DNA of 64,000 nt, from assembly GCF_964355755.1 (NCBI RefSeq), contig NC_092679.1, positions 15,173,432 to 15,237,431 of the forward strand. The letters are read 5' to 3'. Position 1 is the first letter of the stretch. Each line of letters begins with the position of its first letter. Below are positions 63,831 to 64,000 of the stretch, piece after piece. Source of the DNA: Antedon mediterranea (taxonomy: Eukaryota > Animalia > Echinodermata). The notes beneath the pieces are model-generated. The model was given only the letters and a program-made list of their open reading frames with translations. It did no database searches and was not told where the DNA came from. The position numbers and the translations under genes are program-made.

Positions 63831-64000
63831 ATTCGGTCATATTTTTATATTTCTCTTAGACCTAAGATGTATGTATTCTATATTCCAGTTACCAACATTA
63901 ACTATTCCTTATTGACCTAATAATGTTGATTTTTATTCACTTTATAGATAGATAGATAAATATCAATAGAAAGAAATTTTGACATAAAACAAAGCGGCAT

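Overview
AT-rich animal genomic DNA, probably from an invertebrate deuterostome such as an echinoderm (inference only). One protein-coding gene is supported: an Nkx2.2/vnd-class homeobox gene on the minus strand, with coding exons 42690-42411 and 35882-35245 giving about 305 aa. A tandem cluster of 42 full-length tRNA-Ser genes plus one truncated copy spans 6001-15666 in ~180-bp units, as two sub-arrays and a solitary copy. Two copies have switched anticodon to TGA (still Ser) and two to AAA (a Phe anticodon on a Ser body). The rest is non-coding: Deu/Nin-type SINEs, several MITE families, Helentron-like elements and minisatellites. There is a large excess of TAGGCCTA-type motifs, and empty versus filled sites in the tRNA spacers suggest they arise by small insertions at TA. 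All coordinates and counts were read by eye.
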